64,000 nucleotides of DNA from Eledone cirrhosa (Eukaryota): NCBI GenBank assembly GCA_964016885.1, contig OZ024741.1:83638001-83702000 (forward strand), in the 5' to 3' direction. Shown piece by piece: positions 62,555 through 64,000 of this stretch (its first letter is position 1; each line of letters starts with the position of its first letter). Position numbers and translations under genes: made by a program. The notes under the pieces were generated by a model. The model searched no databases and was not told where the DNA came from. It was given only the letters and a program-made list of their open reading frames with translations.

Positions 62555-63056
62555 ACAATGTCCCTAAAACATTTATTTGAAAGAAGATATTCTGGATGTC
62601 AATCCACCAGCATATGGCGAAGCAATATGTAAAGGTAGATGTCAACTAACCGAGAAAGTATGGTGTCGGATTGTATCACCAAAATCCTTTTCAAGCCAAT
62701 GCACCAGCATGATATCACATTGATCACGAAAACAAGTAAGAAAAATAAAACAATGAAGGATTAGCTCTGCTAATAATACTTATTTTATGATTGGTTAGAT
62801 TCTAACAATAAATGTAAAGCATTGTCCTGTCAAAATTCCATATCCGTCACGTGTTATATTTTGATTTTGAGAGAAATGTTATGTAGAATCTTATAATGAT
62901 AAAAGAGAAGGTAATATTTATTTTAAATTGTTTTTAATAAATATACTTATTAATCTATGTCCTAAAGAAGAATTTAAGTAATAATGGAATTATTTTTGGA
63001 ATATATTGCATAATAAAATGTACATTCCACAAAAGTATGTACTTTTTTATTTGTTC

Positions 63057-63135
<79 letters not shown>

Positions 63136-63142
63136 TGTGTGT

Positions 63143-63189
<47 letters not shown>

Positions 63190-63193
63190 TGTT

Positions 63194-63243
<50 letters not shown>

Positions 63244-63894
63244 GAGAGAGAGGTAGAGAGAGAGAGTTATAGGTATATATAAAAATATATATAGTTTCAA
63301 TCACGTGTACACACTCTCTCACTGTAGACCTCATCAACAAATCTGGATACACACAAACATATACACACTCGGTCGAATTGTTTCAGAATAAAAGTGAAGT
63401 AAGTTTTCTTTTAAATTTTTTCTATGCCTATTATAATTGAGCTCTTAGCTATTTCTGCTATTTTTCTTTAGTGTAAATTTTAAAAGAAGTTTTTATTTTT
63501 TTCCCCGGTGTTTTGAAATCTAGCTATGCAATTATTTGCAAATAGACAGACAAAATGAACAGTTCTTTGATAACGTCTTTGAAAAATGTCTTTGTTATTT
63601 TTACATCTTCAATCGAAGATGAATATTCTTCAAAGAAAACCGAATGCTAAATGAAATAGAACACTACTCAGCTGTCAAAAACTATACACGATATTCTGAT
63701 TTTTGATGAAACAGTTAAAAATTAACTGACACCCACAAACACACATACTTCCACACACTGAGCATGTGGGTATGACCTGCACGTGGTGCGATAATTAGTG
63801 TTCTAGTTGCCTGATAAAAGCTACAGCCTATTTGGAAAATAAGTGAGCAAGTGGCTTAGCATGTATGGAATTCAGTAGGAGACTGTGCAAAAAT

Positions 63895-64000
63895 ACCGGT
63901 CTATTTTCCAGTTGAGTGAACTGGTGGACGTTGAATAAAGTGTGCTATTGAAGGACAAACGGCGCTGCAGGAATCAAACTCATGACCTAACAACCGTGTG
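63895..64000 (-). mobile_element. Diverged CORE-type SINE fragment, runs off the window
   Basis: gaataaagtgtgctattgaaggaca...caggaatcaaactc resembles the CORE domain plus a reverse box B. Confidence 0.5.

Overview
This is AT-rich animal DNA with no recognisable host gene. It is probably cephalopod/Octopus, inferred from the tRNA-headed SINE family and the repeat landscape and not verified. Bases 1-31.4 kb are a strand-polarised (TA)nTTG satellite interrupted by a nest of retroelements: at least seven Penelope-like elements (PLEs; Hydra-like, Neptune-like and others), two RTE 3' ends and one CR1-group LINE. Bases 36-64 kb contain three decayed Tx1/L1-group LINEs sitting in GATA/AAT microsatellites, SINEs, two long palindromes and a ~1 kb G/T-skewed telomere-like repeat. 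The main hidden structure is RNA-level. Almost every PLE carries a type I hammerhead ribozyme (HHR) motif near its 3' end: about 9 distinct sequences, several with non-canonical cores (UUGANAA, CAGAAGA, CUGUUGA, CCGUUGA). Several elements are also capped by inverted copies of their 3' terminus, in some cases including the ribozyme. Two PLE ORFs have an in-frame UGA at a conserved Cys position (possible selenocysteine; no SECIS seen). Nearly all (IY)n/(CV)n/(HT)n ORFs in the supplied track are microsatellite artefacts. Coordinates were read by eye and element boundaries are approximate.
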